A DNA stretch of 64,000 nucleotides from Podarcis muralis (taxonomy: Eukaryota): positions 17,484,001 to 17,548,000 of the forward strand of contig NC_135662.1 in the NCBI RefSeq assembly GCF_964188315.1, read 5' to 3'. The notes under the pieces are model-generated. The model was not told the DNA's origin. It saw only the letters and a program-made list of their open reading frames with translations, and did no database searches. How positions within the stretch are numbered: the first letter of the stretch is position 1; each line of letters starts with the position of its first letter. Below, piece after piece: positions 37,606 through 50,848 of the stretch. The position numbers were made by a program, and so were the translations under genes.

Positions 37606-40207
37606 ATCTAGAGAGCACTACATTGACTGCCTTTGATGTAGCGCAATTTTCATATCAAAAAAAGGACAACTTGTAGAATACACTAGTTAACCCATAGGTC
37701 TATGAAAGTGAAGGAAGCAACCGTTTTCCTAAAACGTGAGAGCCTCATGAAAGAAGAAAAACTTCAGAAAGAAATGGAATAGCCCCTCTGTTCCCCAGAT
37801 CTGCTAATCCTGATTACCTAAAGCACTGCTTCATCCAGGATAGATCTGGCCAGGCTTTAGGATAAGCTTCAGAGGCCTTGCCTTAAGTGCCATCATCTCA
37901 AGCCATTTTGTGAGTAAGCCTGAGAGACAAGATTTGCCCTCCAGCAACATCTGGAGAGCGGCATGTTGTCTACCCCTGCGCTACAGAAAACGAAACTTGG
38001 GCATCTTGAGAACACGCTGAATAGGCTTCATGAAATGAAAAAGGAGGGATCTACACTATAATAGAACCATTCAGTTGAGATAAAAGAGGAAAGTACCTGG
38101 ACATTGCTCAACTGTCAGCTGTATTGACTAGATCTGAGGAGCCCATAAATTAATGGCGCCTGTTACTCATATGTAACTAACAGCTGTGGCCCACACAAGT
38201 TACAGGCTCCAGCATGTATTTCCCCCTTTCGATGCAAGTGGGCCGTAGGGGTGCTGTTCGGATTAATTGGTTAACAACTGTAAACAGCTTTGAAGATGAA
38301 AAGTTGTTTCTGTGTCTTAGGTGGTATTATAATTTATTTTTATTAGTGCAGCTCTGGGCCATATTGGAAAACTTGACTACACAGCACTTTGACCACGCTT
38401 TGAACGGCCTTTCTTAAGTCTTAAGATCTTTCAGGTGACTGAGAATACTCTTCTGCAGAGAAAGCTTTAGCTGATGTTTTTGTCTGCTTAAATTAAGATG
38501 TCCCTTCCCAGGAAAAGATAATAGTTTTTTATTCCCCAAAGTGGATTTTTATATTTAGACCTTTTGATTATTGGCCTAGTTTTCAAAAGAACCGAGTGTC
38601 ATATAGTTCCCGTTGACGTCAATGGTACATAATACTGTTGGAAAAAAAATCACACCACTTATTTAGGTGACTAAATATGCTTTTGGGAACCTAAAATTAG
38701 GCTCTTGAGCTTCAAAAAATCTTGGCTAGAATTCTACAAACCTTCTGGCACAACAACCCAGCATTTATTCTGTATATATATTTACGTATACTTTACCCAA
38801 AAAACCCCCATATGATCTCCTTTTTTAGATGGTTGCTCTGTAAAATATATATGATCAAAGTTTTCATTGTTCTTTCTATTCCTTTTTACTATATTTATTA
38901 ATTTTCAAAAAAAAGTTTATACCAGATTCTGCAAAATACTATATTTCTCTATATACAAGCTTGTCAGCTTTAAAACTTTGGTTTTAAGATAAAGCTTTAA
39001 AAATGTTAAACTGGGTTAAATGTATTATAATCAGTTCACAATTTCATTTTTAATCGTTAATTTGAATCGTATGTCTGTGACACCAGGTTATACCAACACT
39101 GTGTGGACAGAGTCCTGCTTGTGAAACAAGATTTCCATTTCCTCTCTTTCCTTAAATCCCCTCCTATCTGCTCCAGCCACACCCCCTCTTCCAATCTGAT
39201 TTTCAGGGTTTATGAGAGGGTTGGTAGGGACGGGAGAGGAAGGGAAGCTTCGTTGCACACACAGAAATCTGTTGCATGAGCACTGAATGAGCACAATCTG
39301 CAGCACTGAATACAGCCCAGGGCATCTGGGATTGTTAAACATTTGTCCAAGTGAGCCTCCTGAAAATGGTTCCTTTAGTATAAATCATCAAGGTGCAGGC
39401 TGAATTCATATGGAATGCTAAGCCATTGTTTAGCCTTCTTGTGGCTTGCCTGCACGTCCAAGCCCACTCTGAGCAACCAACCATGGTTTAGTTTATTACA
39501 ACAAGCCATGGTTTATTGTTGGCTTACGAATCTTGGTGTGTTTTAATAAACAAAAAACAAATTCCAGGTTTTTGTGGGGGTGATCTGAGTTGGCATCCTA
39601 ATGTGGAGGTTAGGGGGCGTTAGCCCTTGGTCACCCACTTTGGTCCTGGTGTAGGTTCCATGGCTATTTTCAACAGGAAAGAAATGCCTATCGGGTGTGT
39701 ATTGCTGATTCTGTGAATAGCATTTTTGCCCTAATTTCCATTAAATTTGGGGTGTTAATGTTGAACCAAAGACTGATGTCAATGTACTCTTAGCTGTAAC
39801 AAATTATTGCGGGTTCTAGTATTTTCAATTTAGGTGTTTGATTTAAATCAAAATATTTAGGTCACCTTCCAATTTTTCTAACGCTTTCATACATTAAATG
39901 AAACCTTTGAAATCTTGTATAATCCATATTGCAAATCTTAACTGATTGGAAAAATGCTTAATCGTCATTGTGCTCTTCACAAAATCCTAGGAACTGTAAT
40001 GTTGCAGATCTCAGCAAATGGATAATGCTACCCTCTCACACAATTCATTTGTTTGGAATTATTATAATTCATACTACTTTAATATGTAGACAAAACCTTA
40101 CACCAGAAGAATTTGCACTGTCTAATTGGTGTATGAATATCCACCTTTCCCCCCCATAAATGTCATAATTTCGCCCTAAGATCTGGGCTAGAGAAAGGGG
40201 TACAGTA

Positions 40208-40760
40208 CCGTATTTTTCGCCCTATAAGACGCACTGGCCCATAGGACACACCTAGTTTTTTGGGGGGGAAATAAAGGAATTTTTTTTTATTCCCCCCCCC
40301 CCAGGTGCGCTGTGCTAAACCCGAAGCTTGGGGCGTGCGGAGCTCAGCGCCCCCAAGCTTCTGGGTGCCGGCAAGTTCTCCACTAGCCCTGGGAGAGCCG
40401 CGCGGCTCTCCCAGGGCTAGCGGAGCACTGTGCTAATCCCGAAGCTTGGGGCGTGCAGAGCTCAGCGTGCCCCAAGCTTCTGGGTGCCGGCAAGGTCTCC
40501 GCTAGCCATGGGAGAGCCCTGCGACGTCGCGCGGCTCTCCCACGGCTAGCGGACCGCTGTGCTAATCCCGAAGCTTGGGGCGTGCGGAGCGGCTAGCGGC
40601 TAGCTTCCTGAAGCCTGGAGAGCGAGAGGGGTCGGTGCGCACCGACCCCCCTCGCTCTCCAGGCTTCAGCGAAAGCCTGCATTCGCCCCATAGGACGCAC
40701 ACACATTTCCCCTTCATTTTTGGAGGGGGAAAAGTGCGTCTTATAGGGCGAAAAATACGG
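40208..40760. mobile_element. Tc2/pogo-type MITE (553 bp) with a palindromic tandem-repeat interior
   Basis: TA TSD and TIR ccgtatttttcgccctataagacgcac / gtgcgtcttatagggcgaaaaatacgg. Internal units start at 40310, 40428 and 40557. Confidence 0.9.
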
Positions 40761-42777
40761 TAATTTGATGCACACTTTTTTGGTTGGATGAAGCAAGACA
40801 CAAACCAGGAGCTCAACAGACACAGCACCAACTTCCTACATCCTGTATCATTAGGCACCCTCTTTACAGTAGCAAACCTCTGGCAGTTTAGGACAATTGA
40901 GCTTTTTTTGGGGGGGTGGGGCAAACCCTATAGTTCAAACCACTATACAGCTTTTCTAAACCAAGGGTAGCCAGTGTGGGGTAGTGAAACATGGATTTGA
41001 TGTAGCAGTTTAGATATAGACTACAGCCCCAGATAGCCATTTATTAAGGATAATGGGAGTTGTAGTCCCAAACACCTAGACTCTACTACATTAGCTACTT
41101 TGGTCCTTGATTACAGCATTCCAAATATTGAAATCTTGTGATCCCAGAGAGCCAATCCAATGTCTTTGCCTGCTACTAAGTTGCAGAGGTTGCTGAGCAA
41201 ATTACTGCTATGGAAAGCTTTCAGCGCATTTCTTCCAGACTCTTCCTTATTGCCTGTCTGCCTATTTCCTTACTTCCAGACCTACCTTCTAGTAGGTTTC
41301 CTGCCTTTGCTGTGCACTTAAAACCCAGGAACTATGACACTATCTGAGCTTCCTTTCTAGGATGTGAACTGCATCTTGGCATGCCTCATCTACTTTCAGT
41401 TTGCACTATCTAAAAACTCCCTAGTATATTATAATATACAGGAGGAAAAAGATCGGCTCTTGTTAAAAGGATGGGTGTGCTTGTGAGCCAAATGCAGTTC
41501 TTAATGAAGACAGTAGGAGCCTAGCCACTGGCTTTAGTTGGACTAGATTTCCCCATTCATTTTTCCAGCAACTAGTGTTGCTATGGCAATAACACATTTC
41601 TTACAAGTGTTTGGCCCTGTATAACAAAGTCCAGGGCTCATTTACTCTACTCTCCCAGTCCACTTAATTTGGCCGGGTTTGCTTTATATGTGGCATTTCC
41701 CCCCCACAAAAAATTATGTATGGGAGAAAGCACATATGTTCACACATTCATATGTATTTTGCCATTTTAAGTACGCAGTTTGGGAAAGCTGTTGAAACTG
41801 CGCTGTATTTGTGGCAAAATTGTATGCATTGTGAATTTATGTGCTTGTTTAGTGACAATATTTCCTTATCCAGATATGATCCTTGCATAGGAACATAGGC
41901 GTACACATCCCTTAGTATTGTTGAACTCCAATACATAAGATGTGTTTCTACATGTGCATTTTTGGAATAAGGATTTGGTTGCAGACTTGTGCATGTTTTG
42001 GTACAGGACAGAGCCCTTTTTGGAAAGAAAAAAAAGTAAATTCATTTTATTACAAATCCTCTCACTCCGGGGTCCTGATCCTGACTGGGAAGTCTGTGTG
42101 CTACTGTAATGCTAATAAAACAGTATCATGTTAGCTCATAAAACGTGTTCTGTTACTATGGCATACACAGGAAATTGGCAACATATTGTTCCAATGTGGG
42201 AACATATGTTTTACATAGTTCAGTAATACAGTACTTTGCATGGTCTGCTTGAATGAAAATAGGCATGTGTGTTATTCTAAGGTATATAAGACACTTATAT
42301 TGCCTGTACTGGAGATTGCATATTAGGTAATTCCCCTGCTTTTCTAGTTGAAGTTTTATGATTGATCCAAGTTTCTCTCAACCCCCCCGCCCCTGCCCCA
42401 CATTTCACAGCACCGTGTAATACTCTACCACATAATCTGGTCTCTTGCTTTTAAAAAGACAAGTCTCTTAAATAAAAACCTTGATAATTTCCATAAAAGA
42501 AAAAACATTATTTGTTTCTTGCAAAAAGCAATTGCATTTGAATTAATCAGTTTTAGTTCCAATTGCTCCCTGTGCTCTGATTTGTTTTTAATGAACTATA
42601 TATTGTTGAAGGAAGCAAAGTTATCAAATACAATTGGACAATTTAAGTGAAACTCCATGCAGCATATTACGTGTATATCACAGATTCACAATCTGTTTGC
42701 CATTTTATCATTAAATCCAAACCCTGTAGTTGCAAAATAAATTGAATCACAATAAAGACAATGATTTTGAAGTATTA

Positions 42778-42988
42778 CAGTCAAACTTTGGTTGCCGAAC
42801 GTAATCTGTTCTGGAAGACCGTTTGACTTCCGAAACGTTTGATAAACCGAGGTGTGGCTTTTTGCACTCAAGCGGAAGCCACGTCAGACGTTCGGGTTCC
42901 GAAAAACGTTCAAAAACTGGAGCATTTTCCTCTGGGTTTTTGGCGTTTGGTACGATAACGGAGGCAGTCGGGAACCGAGGTTTGACTG
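42778..42988. mobile_element. Tigger-type MITE (211 bp)
   Basis: TA TSD and TIR cagtcaaactttggtt / aaccgaggtttgactg. Confidence 0.82.
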
Positions 42989-43301
42989 TATTCCTGTGGA
43001 AAGAAAATCCAACAAAAATAAACATTGGTTTCCAGTTTTCATGATATGCATCCAGTTTTTGCCTATGCACACATATGGTAATAAAACAAGGGAGTTTCCA
43101 TAATTTTGCACAATTCTCATGCGTTCTAACAGCCATTTGTTAAAAAATAAAACTATTTTTGGTTTCCAAAGCTCACTATTTCCATTGCTGATGTGAACAC
43201 CTTTTTTATAGCTGCTCCGATAAGACTTCAAACACATTTAATTAAACCAGGAAATAACAACAAAAGCCCGTAACAGGTGTCAGGGGCAGAACAGGTAACT
43301 T

Positions 43302-43500
43302 AAGAACCTAAGAAATGTCTGCTGGATCAATCCAGAGACTCATCTAGTCCTGCACTGCTTTCACACTGGCCAACCAGATACCCATGGGAAGCCTGAGAGC
43401 AGCAGCATTTTCACCATTTGTGATTCCCAGGAAATGGTATTTAGAATCATAGTGTCTCAGACAGTGAAGGTAGAATATGGGGCACATGTTCTCTGTGACA
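43302..43500 (-). mobile_element. CR1 3' end, decayed
   Basis: taagaacctaagaaatgtctgctggatcaatccagagactcatctagtcc is the reverse complement of the ttcttatg-type CR1 tail seen at 10318. Confidence 0.6.
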
Positions 43501-43649
43501 GTGGAGGTAGAGCACACCCGTAGCAATTACTTTAGTACCAGTCTAAAACTGTACATAGAGCATGGAGATAGGAGTGTCTGTATCTCTGGGAGTGAGTGGG
43601 AAACGAGTTGCAGGGGACATTGAGATGCTAGGTTTATAAATTAGAGACT

Positions 43650-43974
43650 CAGGGGTCATTAAACCTTTTCAGCAGGGGGCCGGTCCACTGTCCCTCAGTC
43701 CTTGTGGGGGGCTGGACTATATTTTGAAAAAAATAATAATGAATGAATTCCTATGCCCCACAAATAACCCAGAGATGCATTTTAAATAAAAGCACACATT
43801 CTACTCATGTAAAAACACCAGGCAGGCCCCACAAATAACCCAGAGATGCATTTTAAATAAAGTGACACATTCTACTCGTGTAAAAAAAATGTTGATTCCT
43901 GAACTGTCCGCGGGCCGGATTTGGAAGGCGAGCGGGCCGGATCCAGCCCCCGGGCCTTAGTTTGCCTACACATG
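43650..43974. mobile_element. hAT MITE, same family as 37372, with an internal ~71-bp tandem duplication
   Basis: Ends caggggtc... / agtttgcctacacatg. Unit ccccacaaataacccagagatgcattttaaataaaag starts at 43756 and 43827. Confidence 0.85.
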
Positions 43975-45301
43975 AATTAGACCCTGCAAGCTTCTGCCAG
44001 ATGTGGCTTCTGCTGTCACTGCATTGCTTTCTGCTGTCTCTCTCAATTAATATGTTCTGACCACAAATTATTATAAATCTATACCACTACATGTTGAGAT
44101 ATTAGGTTCTTCATATGCTGCGTTTTTAACTCTTCATCTAAAAAAGAACCTTGGTATTGAGATTTCGGGAAGTGGCAGAGATGGACTGAAATAATATAAT
44201 CTCTAGAGGGGTAGCTATGCTAGCATGTGGTTACAACAGTTTTGTGGCACCTTAAATACTATAAACAAAACTTCTGTCATAAACCAGGGTAGCTTATATA
44301 GTACCCTACATATGTTTTTGGTTCCCAACTTCCCATGATTCCTGACCATTGGCCATACATATTGAGGCTGACAGGAATTGTAGACTAGCAATATTTGGAG
44401 GGGGCGATGTTGACTACCTCTGGTCTAAGCTTTTGTACTTTAGTCCGTTAAAGCTTTTTTCCAAAATAAATGTAGGCTATTCTTTAAGATGCCACAAGAC
44501 TAACACAGTGAGTAGCAGAGACTATCCTGTAATTTGGTTCTCCTCAATTTGCAGCAGTTTAAAATTAAGTGTCGAAATTTTTTTTATTCCACGGTACGTT
44601 CTAAATACAGATTCTTTTCAAAGCTTGTATTACCTGTTGTAATTTTTCCTCTTTATCAATAGAAATTTAATTCACACTTTATTATTATTATTGTTGTTGT
44701 TGTTAGTATTATTATTAGTAGTAGTATTATTAGTATTATTTTCAAGACTTTAGCCTTGACCCTCACATTGCTGGATCCTGTCCCAGTGCCTTTGTGTACA
44801 GTGCAAATATCTGTGAGGAGTGGGACTTTGCACATGAAGACTTGCATGAGAATTGGAACCCTAGTCATTCGTGCTTCCAGATCACTCGGATTGCAATTCA
44901 CACATGTAACTATACACTTGAAGGCCACTCACAACAGATGTTTGCAGTGTATGGGGAGACATCTGGAAAGCAACCTGTGAGATTGAGGGCAGGGCCCCCT
45001 TTCTCGCTCTTGGGTTTTGTCAGTATGGGACCAATAGTGCCTGCATAGGATTAGGGAAGGAGATGGAAAGGAGACATAGAGTGAAGAACAGAATAATGGT
45101 AGATATATAATGAGAGATATAATGAAGATAAATAATGAAGAGTAGATATGATTTAGCATGTTGGGTTTAAAGGTGGAACCTAGTGCTGGAATGGTTAAAA
45201 GCTACTGGAACAGGAAATATTTGTTTCTATGCATTTTTGAGGAAATAAATGGATATAGGTTATACAATATTAATTTTGCTTTCATTTCTCTCTCTTATCA
45301 G

Positions 45302-45908
45302 GAGAGTCCATAATTGTTACAAATGTCGTCAGTGCAGCTTTACAGCTGTTGATACTCAAACCCTACTGGAGCACTTCAACACTGTGCACTGCCAAGAGGT
45401 GGACATCACCACAGCCAATGGGGAAGATAGCCATGGGGTGGCTGCTGCTCTCAAGGAAGAGCCCAAAGTTGACCTAAAGGTCTATAGCCTGATCAGTGCA
45501 GACCCCAAACTGGGAGAGCCCGTCTCTGAAACTATAGTAAAGAGGGAAAAGCTGGACGAGAAGGAAGTACTGAAGGAGAAATGTTGGCCTGATGGGTCCA
45601 GTGACGATCACCGTGGTGCACCTTGGAGAGGAGTGGACATTTTGAGGGGGAGCCCTTCCTTTACCCAAACAAGCTTGGGCCTTCTGACCACAGTGTCTGT
45701 GGGCCAAGAGCAGCCAAAGCCCTTAAGGGATAGTCCAAACGTAGAAGCTGCCCATCTTGCACGGCCTGTTTATGGCTTGCCTGTCGAGACCAAGGGGTTC
45801 CTGCAAGGGGTGCCCCAAGGAAGCGGAGAGAAAGCTGGACCACTTCCTCAGCCATATCCTGGATCTGGTGATAACAAGGCGAAGGATGAATCTCAGTCCC
45901 TCCTACGG
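45302..45908 (+). CDS. TRPS1: TRPS1 coding exon (607 nt), (R)[11 protein letters not shown]...KDESQSLLR; last exon before the GATA-finger exon
   Basis: Acceptor tctctctcttatcAG at 45300-45301. The first G completes AGG with the previous exon. Donor CGG|gtagga at 45909. The four exons total 2697 nt = 899 codons with no stop. Confidence 0.96.
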
Positions 45909-47488
45909 GTAGGAAATTCTATTTTTATTTTTGTCTGTGCATGTTTATGGTTCATTTATTCCGAGCTGATTCTCGGCAATCAAGCACACATTACTGATGT
46001 TGGCACTTGAAGCAATTCAGACTTACATGAGTAGATTGTAAAGGAATCGTTTTAAGAGCATTTGTACAAAGCTATAGTAAGTGATCTTTGTTTGCCTTTG
46101 CCATTAAATTTGGTTGTACTGCGATAATCATTCCTGCTGATTTTGCAAGATGATGTTACATTTGGAAAAGAAAAGCACAGAACCCCAGAAGGCTGCACAT
46201 CTGTTGCAGTAAAGCATCTAATCACCTTCTAAATTTTAAGGTGGTTTGACAGTACACAGTTAAGCAAATCGTCACTGGATCAAATAGCTGAAAATGTGAA
46301 ACCTGAATCAAATAATAATAAAAAGTAGGTCTGGGATTTTATTTTATTAAAAGTACAACACATGGCGTAATTAAATATAACATTTGGCGCTTGTTTGGTT
46401 GTGTTGGGAACTAGGAATTGTGGAGGTGAAACTTTTGTACTCTGTACTGCATAAGCATCTTTGTTGAATCTTCAGAAACAAACCCATACCTATTACAGGC
46501 CTACCCTTAAATATATATATATATATCAGAAGCTGTGGGCTCCTATAAATTTTATGTGTTTTATAACATATTACCTTCCTGCCAGTGTTATCTTGGAAGA
46601 AGGGCAGTGGCTCGGTGTACCAGGGAACCTTATGCTTTCATAAGGTTTTAGTCCAATCCCTTCCATCTCCATGTGAAGCTGGGGAGACCCCCTTCTGAAA
46701 CCCTGGAGAGCCATTGCCAGTTGATGTAGACAACACTGAACTATGTAGATTAATAGCCCAAGTCTGAATAAGGCAACTTCCTATGTTTCTAAGAACTCAT
46801 AAACAGTCACATATCCAGGCTTAATATTACCCATTTTGGGATCTAATGAAGTCCGTATTTCATGGTATGCTCACTATTGAGTTCAGCAATGACCCATAAG
46901 CTGAAAGGTCCTGGTCCTTTTTTTTTTAAAGTTACATGTACCACAGTTTTTTAACAGATTAACTTTAGATGGTGCAAGTATTCTTTTCCCCATTGCCACC
47001 ATCAACAGTTTTTTGCTGTAGCATTGCCAGGAAGTAGACATTACAGATCTGGCTCAAAATGATCCCACCGTGGAGATACCAAGAACTGGTTGCATAATGA
47101 ATGAGTCCAGTAAGCATTATTCAGTGTGGTTTGGCACTGAAAGGGTAGTTTGGTTTGCTCCAATGAAGTACGGAGTGGGTCTAATCTTTGCTTACCTGTT
47201 GGGCTTGCTCTGTGTGTATGAAATGCTCACATCACAAAGTTCAACCTCAACATACTTCATTTTGGTTTATTTGGGAAACATACCGAGGGAGAGCTTTGTT
47301 CAGAGAAAAAGAAGCATTTGAGAAAGCTAACTGAGAATAGCTGACCTATTTTCTCTCGAAAGAAAAACAAAACAAAAATAAGAGTTCTATTGTTAGAGCA
47401 GCTAGCCTTCCAATCTAAAATCAAAATATTCAGAATAAACCGAGCAATGTCAATTATGCAGTATGTTTTATTAATTCTTACCACTCAC

Positions 47489-47667
47489 CAGGGCCGGCCC
47501 ACCCATGAGGCAAGGTGAGGCAACCTCAGGGGGCATGATCTACAGGGGCAGAGATACCAATGTATTCTCCCCTTGTTCATGATGTACGTCTTCTTCACTA
47601 ACCCCTTCTTCCCTGCAGGGGAGGGGGTGTCATTCTATGGTTCACCTCAGGTACTGGGACAGCCCTG
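47489..47667. mobile_element. hAT MITE (179 bp)
   Basis: Ends cagggc... / ...gccctg. 8-bp TSD ccactcac / ctactcac. Confidence 0.7.
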
Positions 47668-48264
47668 CTACTCACTAATATTGCAATGTTGTGGAGAGGG
47701 TTGTAGCATTCTTGCATATTTTTATATGGATTAGAGTGGTATAAAATATTATATTTTGCCAGTGAGCAAGGAGGAAAGGGGATTTTTTTGCCTTAAGTGT
47801 CAAAATAACTTGACCAGCCATAGGTACCTTGACTTGCAGGAGGTTGCCAATGGCAGCTCTGCGTCAGGCTGCAAAAAGTATTGTGTTGGCCTTGGGAAGA
47901 AGCAGGAGGTCTTTAAATAAAATATCTTCAGCTAGCAAACCTCTTCAGTTTTACAAGATTAGAATGAAAGGAACGAGAACATTGCATGTTAAGGAGCAAA
48001 ACTTTTTCCTTCCAGAAAAGCTTGCTGTTCGCTATTCTGGTGTGTGGGCAAACTTCTGGGGAGTTTCAAATAAACAAATCTATCTTTTTTCATGTTGGTT
48101 GTTTGCTTGTTTGTTTAAAGTATCTAAATGAAGTTGGTAACCATGTAATTAGTGGTGTGGGGATAAGAGACATAGCTTTTTGTTTTACCTTTAGATATCA
48201 AAGATTTCTAAAGATGGGCAAAGCAGAAACACATGAACATTTTAGCAGGTGCTATAAATGCACC

Positions 48265-48616
48265 GGGACGTGGGTGGCGCTGTGGGTTAAACCACAGAGC
48301 CTAGGACTTGCCGATCAAAAGGTCGGTGGTTCAAATCCCCGCGACGGGGTGAGCTCCTGTTGCTTGGTCCCAGCTCCTGCCCACCTAGCAGTTCGAAAGC
48401 ACGTCAAAGTGCAAGTAGATAAATAGGTACCTCTCCGGCGGGAAGGTAAACGGCGTTTCTGTGCGCTGCTCTGGTTCACCAGAAGCGGCTTAGTCATGCT
48501 GGCCACATGACCCGGAAGCTGTACGCCGGCTCCCTTGGCCAATAAAGCGAGATGAGCGCCACAACCCCAGAGTCAGCCACGACTGGACCTAATGGTCAGG
48601 GGTCCCTTTACCTTTA
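48265..48616 (+). mobile_element. Sauria SINE, full length
   Basis: 13-bp TSD ctataaatgcacc (48252-48264 and 48617-48629); tail ccctttacctttta-like. Confidence 0.93.
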
Positions 48617-49414
48617 CTATAAATGCACCAAAGAAAGTCAAAAAGCAGATCAGTGTCAAAATAGGAACCAGATCCTTGATTTTTTTGCCTTCTCTGCAGA
48701 GCCGTGCATCTCCTGGCTATGGGGTTGTCTAGCATTTAAGTGAGCATTTGCGTGCATTTAGGTGCAGATACTCCAGTGTGCGATTGACTTGTGGCATTTT
48801 CACTGCTAGAGCTGAGGCTAATTTTTGGGAGGGATGGACACATTGGAATGGCATTCATCTTTATTTAGGAAATTCAGCAGACAGGGACTTTAGGAAGGCT
48901 TATTCTACTTCCTTTCCAGCTATAGGAAAACCCCGCAGCTAGATGCAGGTAGGTAGATAAATATACACAATTTATTCACGTTATTATTCATCAGCATACA
49001 CAGGGGCATGAATTCTGCTATTACTTTGGGTAAATGAATTCTTCATGCAGCAGGCTTGTGTGTGTGTTTTTGTGTGGTGATCAACGTCTAGAGCCAATTT
49101 TTAAAATGCTGGTTTGTGCAAAGTTGTGTCCAACCATAAGGTTCAGAAACATGTTTCTGCTTCATATCTTAGACTACAAAAATGAGGCAAGGGGATTACA
49201 GGCATTTTTTTTTGGTATGGCATAACACCTGGTGGGGGGGGGGGCAGGGATGGCATCAGTTACCTTAATTGACTTTAACATGCAAATATGTTCTTATTTC
49301 AACTGAAACCATGGTTTCAAATCCTGCTTTGTGACCAATCCTTAACTAAGGTGCTGGTATTGAAAAATAATAACTTACCATGTCAAAGGAGAACAATCAA
49401 TGCTTAGGCATTAT

Positions 49415-49577
49415 CGGTGCTTTTTTCTTTAAAAATGTTTAGGGGTACTCTCATTTTGACCCCGGAAAATCAACATTTTATAGTTCAAATTGGGAAAAAT
49501 AAATACAGTGAATGGACAAATGGACAAAGATTCACAAAATGTTTAGTGGTATGCATCCCTCCATAAAAAAAGCACCG
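49415..49577. mobile_element. hAT MITE (163 bp)
   Basis: TIR cggtgctttttt / aaaaaagcaccg. 8-bp TSD ggcattat / gacattat. Confidence 0.72.
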
Positions 49578-50622
49578 GACATTATGCCAGTGTAGAGATT
49601 TTTCAAGATTTTCAACTGTGTAGAAAGTGAACATATACCAGAAAGTTGTTATAGAATATTGGGTAGAATTACTTCATTTTAGTTAGCATTTTCCCCACTG
49701 TTTCCCTAGAACGTTTTTACATTTTAGAAAACCAAGCACAAAAATATCTTCCAGCGCACTACAATGTCGATATTTCTATCCCTTTCTTCTTTAGCCTGGC
49801 TGCAATTTATCTTTTAAAGGTTTGTTGATACAGGATGAGTCTATTGATATGCAAAAATGTTCTTTTGAGTGGTAGGGGAAGCTTTGGCTGCTGTTTTAGT
49901 AGCTACTGAGTGAAGCAACCTTGTTTACTGCTTTGAGAACTCTTTTTTTCTGGGCAAGCATGCTAAATTGATTTCAAATAAAGCAAGTTGCCTGGTTAAT
50001 TATATTTAGTATTTTATATAATGCCTTTTCTCAGTGCTCAAAGCATTTTAACGTATAGGGGCATATCCAACTGAGTTGTACTCAGAGTAGACCAGTTGAA
50101 ATCAATGGACTCGATGATTTCAGTGGGTCTACTCCGAGTTTGGCTAACAGTGTGTAGCACATAAATCATCTCAGTTATACAAAGAAACTGTAAGGTAGGT
50201 TGGCTTTATTATTCCCATATTGCATATGTGGGAAGAAGGGTTGAGGCTGAGAAATGGTTGCCTCCATCAGGTAATGATTGTATCGGGGACTCCTTAGCTC
50301 ATTTTATTTAACCAGTACAGTATGCAAACACATACCTTGCAAGTCTCTGGGTTCTGGGGTAGCTGTTTTCCCGCACAGTAGTGACATAGGTAGCTGTAGG
50401 TTGCCTGAGGGGGAGGTAGTGGGCAGACGCAAGCCCCAGGCTGTCATTTCAGGCAGTGCGAAACCTGCAGACGCCTCTGCTGCACACAGAAGTACTGGAG
50501 GAAACTATGGAATTGCAAACTTGTCTCCTTGCCATTCAGCAGGATACATCATTGGGGGGGGGGGAACATTTGAAGAAAAGGATGTCCTCAGCCATATCAA
50601 AAACATCACTTATTTTGATGTA

Positions 50623-50848
50623 CAGTGGTACCTCGGGTTAAGTACTTAATTCGTTCCGGAGGTTCGTACTTAACCTGAAGCTGTTCTTAACCTGAAGCAC
50701 CACTTTAGCTAATGGGGCTTCCTGCTGCTGCCATGCCACCGGAGCATGATTTCTGTTCTTATCCTGAAGCAAAGTTCTTAACCTGAAGCACTATTTCTGG
50801 ATTAGCGGAGTCTGTAACCTGAAGCGTATGTAACCCGAGCTACCACTG
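50623..50848. mobile_element. Tigger-type MITE (226 bp), opposite orientation to 32095 and 58227
   Basis: TA TSD and TIR cagtggtacctcgggtta / taacccgagctaccactg. Confidence 0.88.

Noticed and set aside
40310-40600. CRISPR-like array of palindromic repeats
   Set aside because: The units are whole tandem duplications with no unique spacers, they lie inside a TA-flanked MITE in a vertebrate intron, and no cas genes are present.
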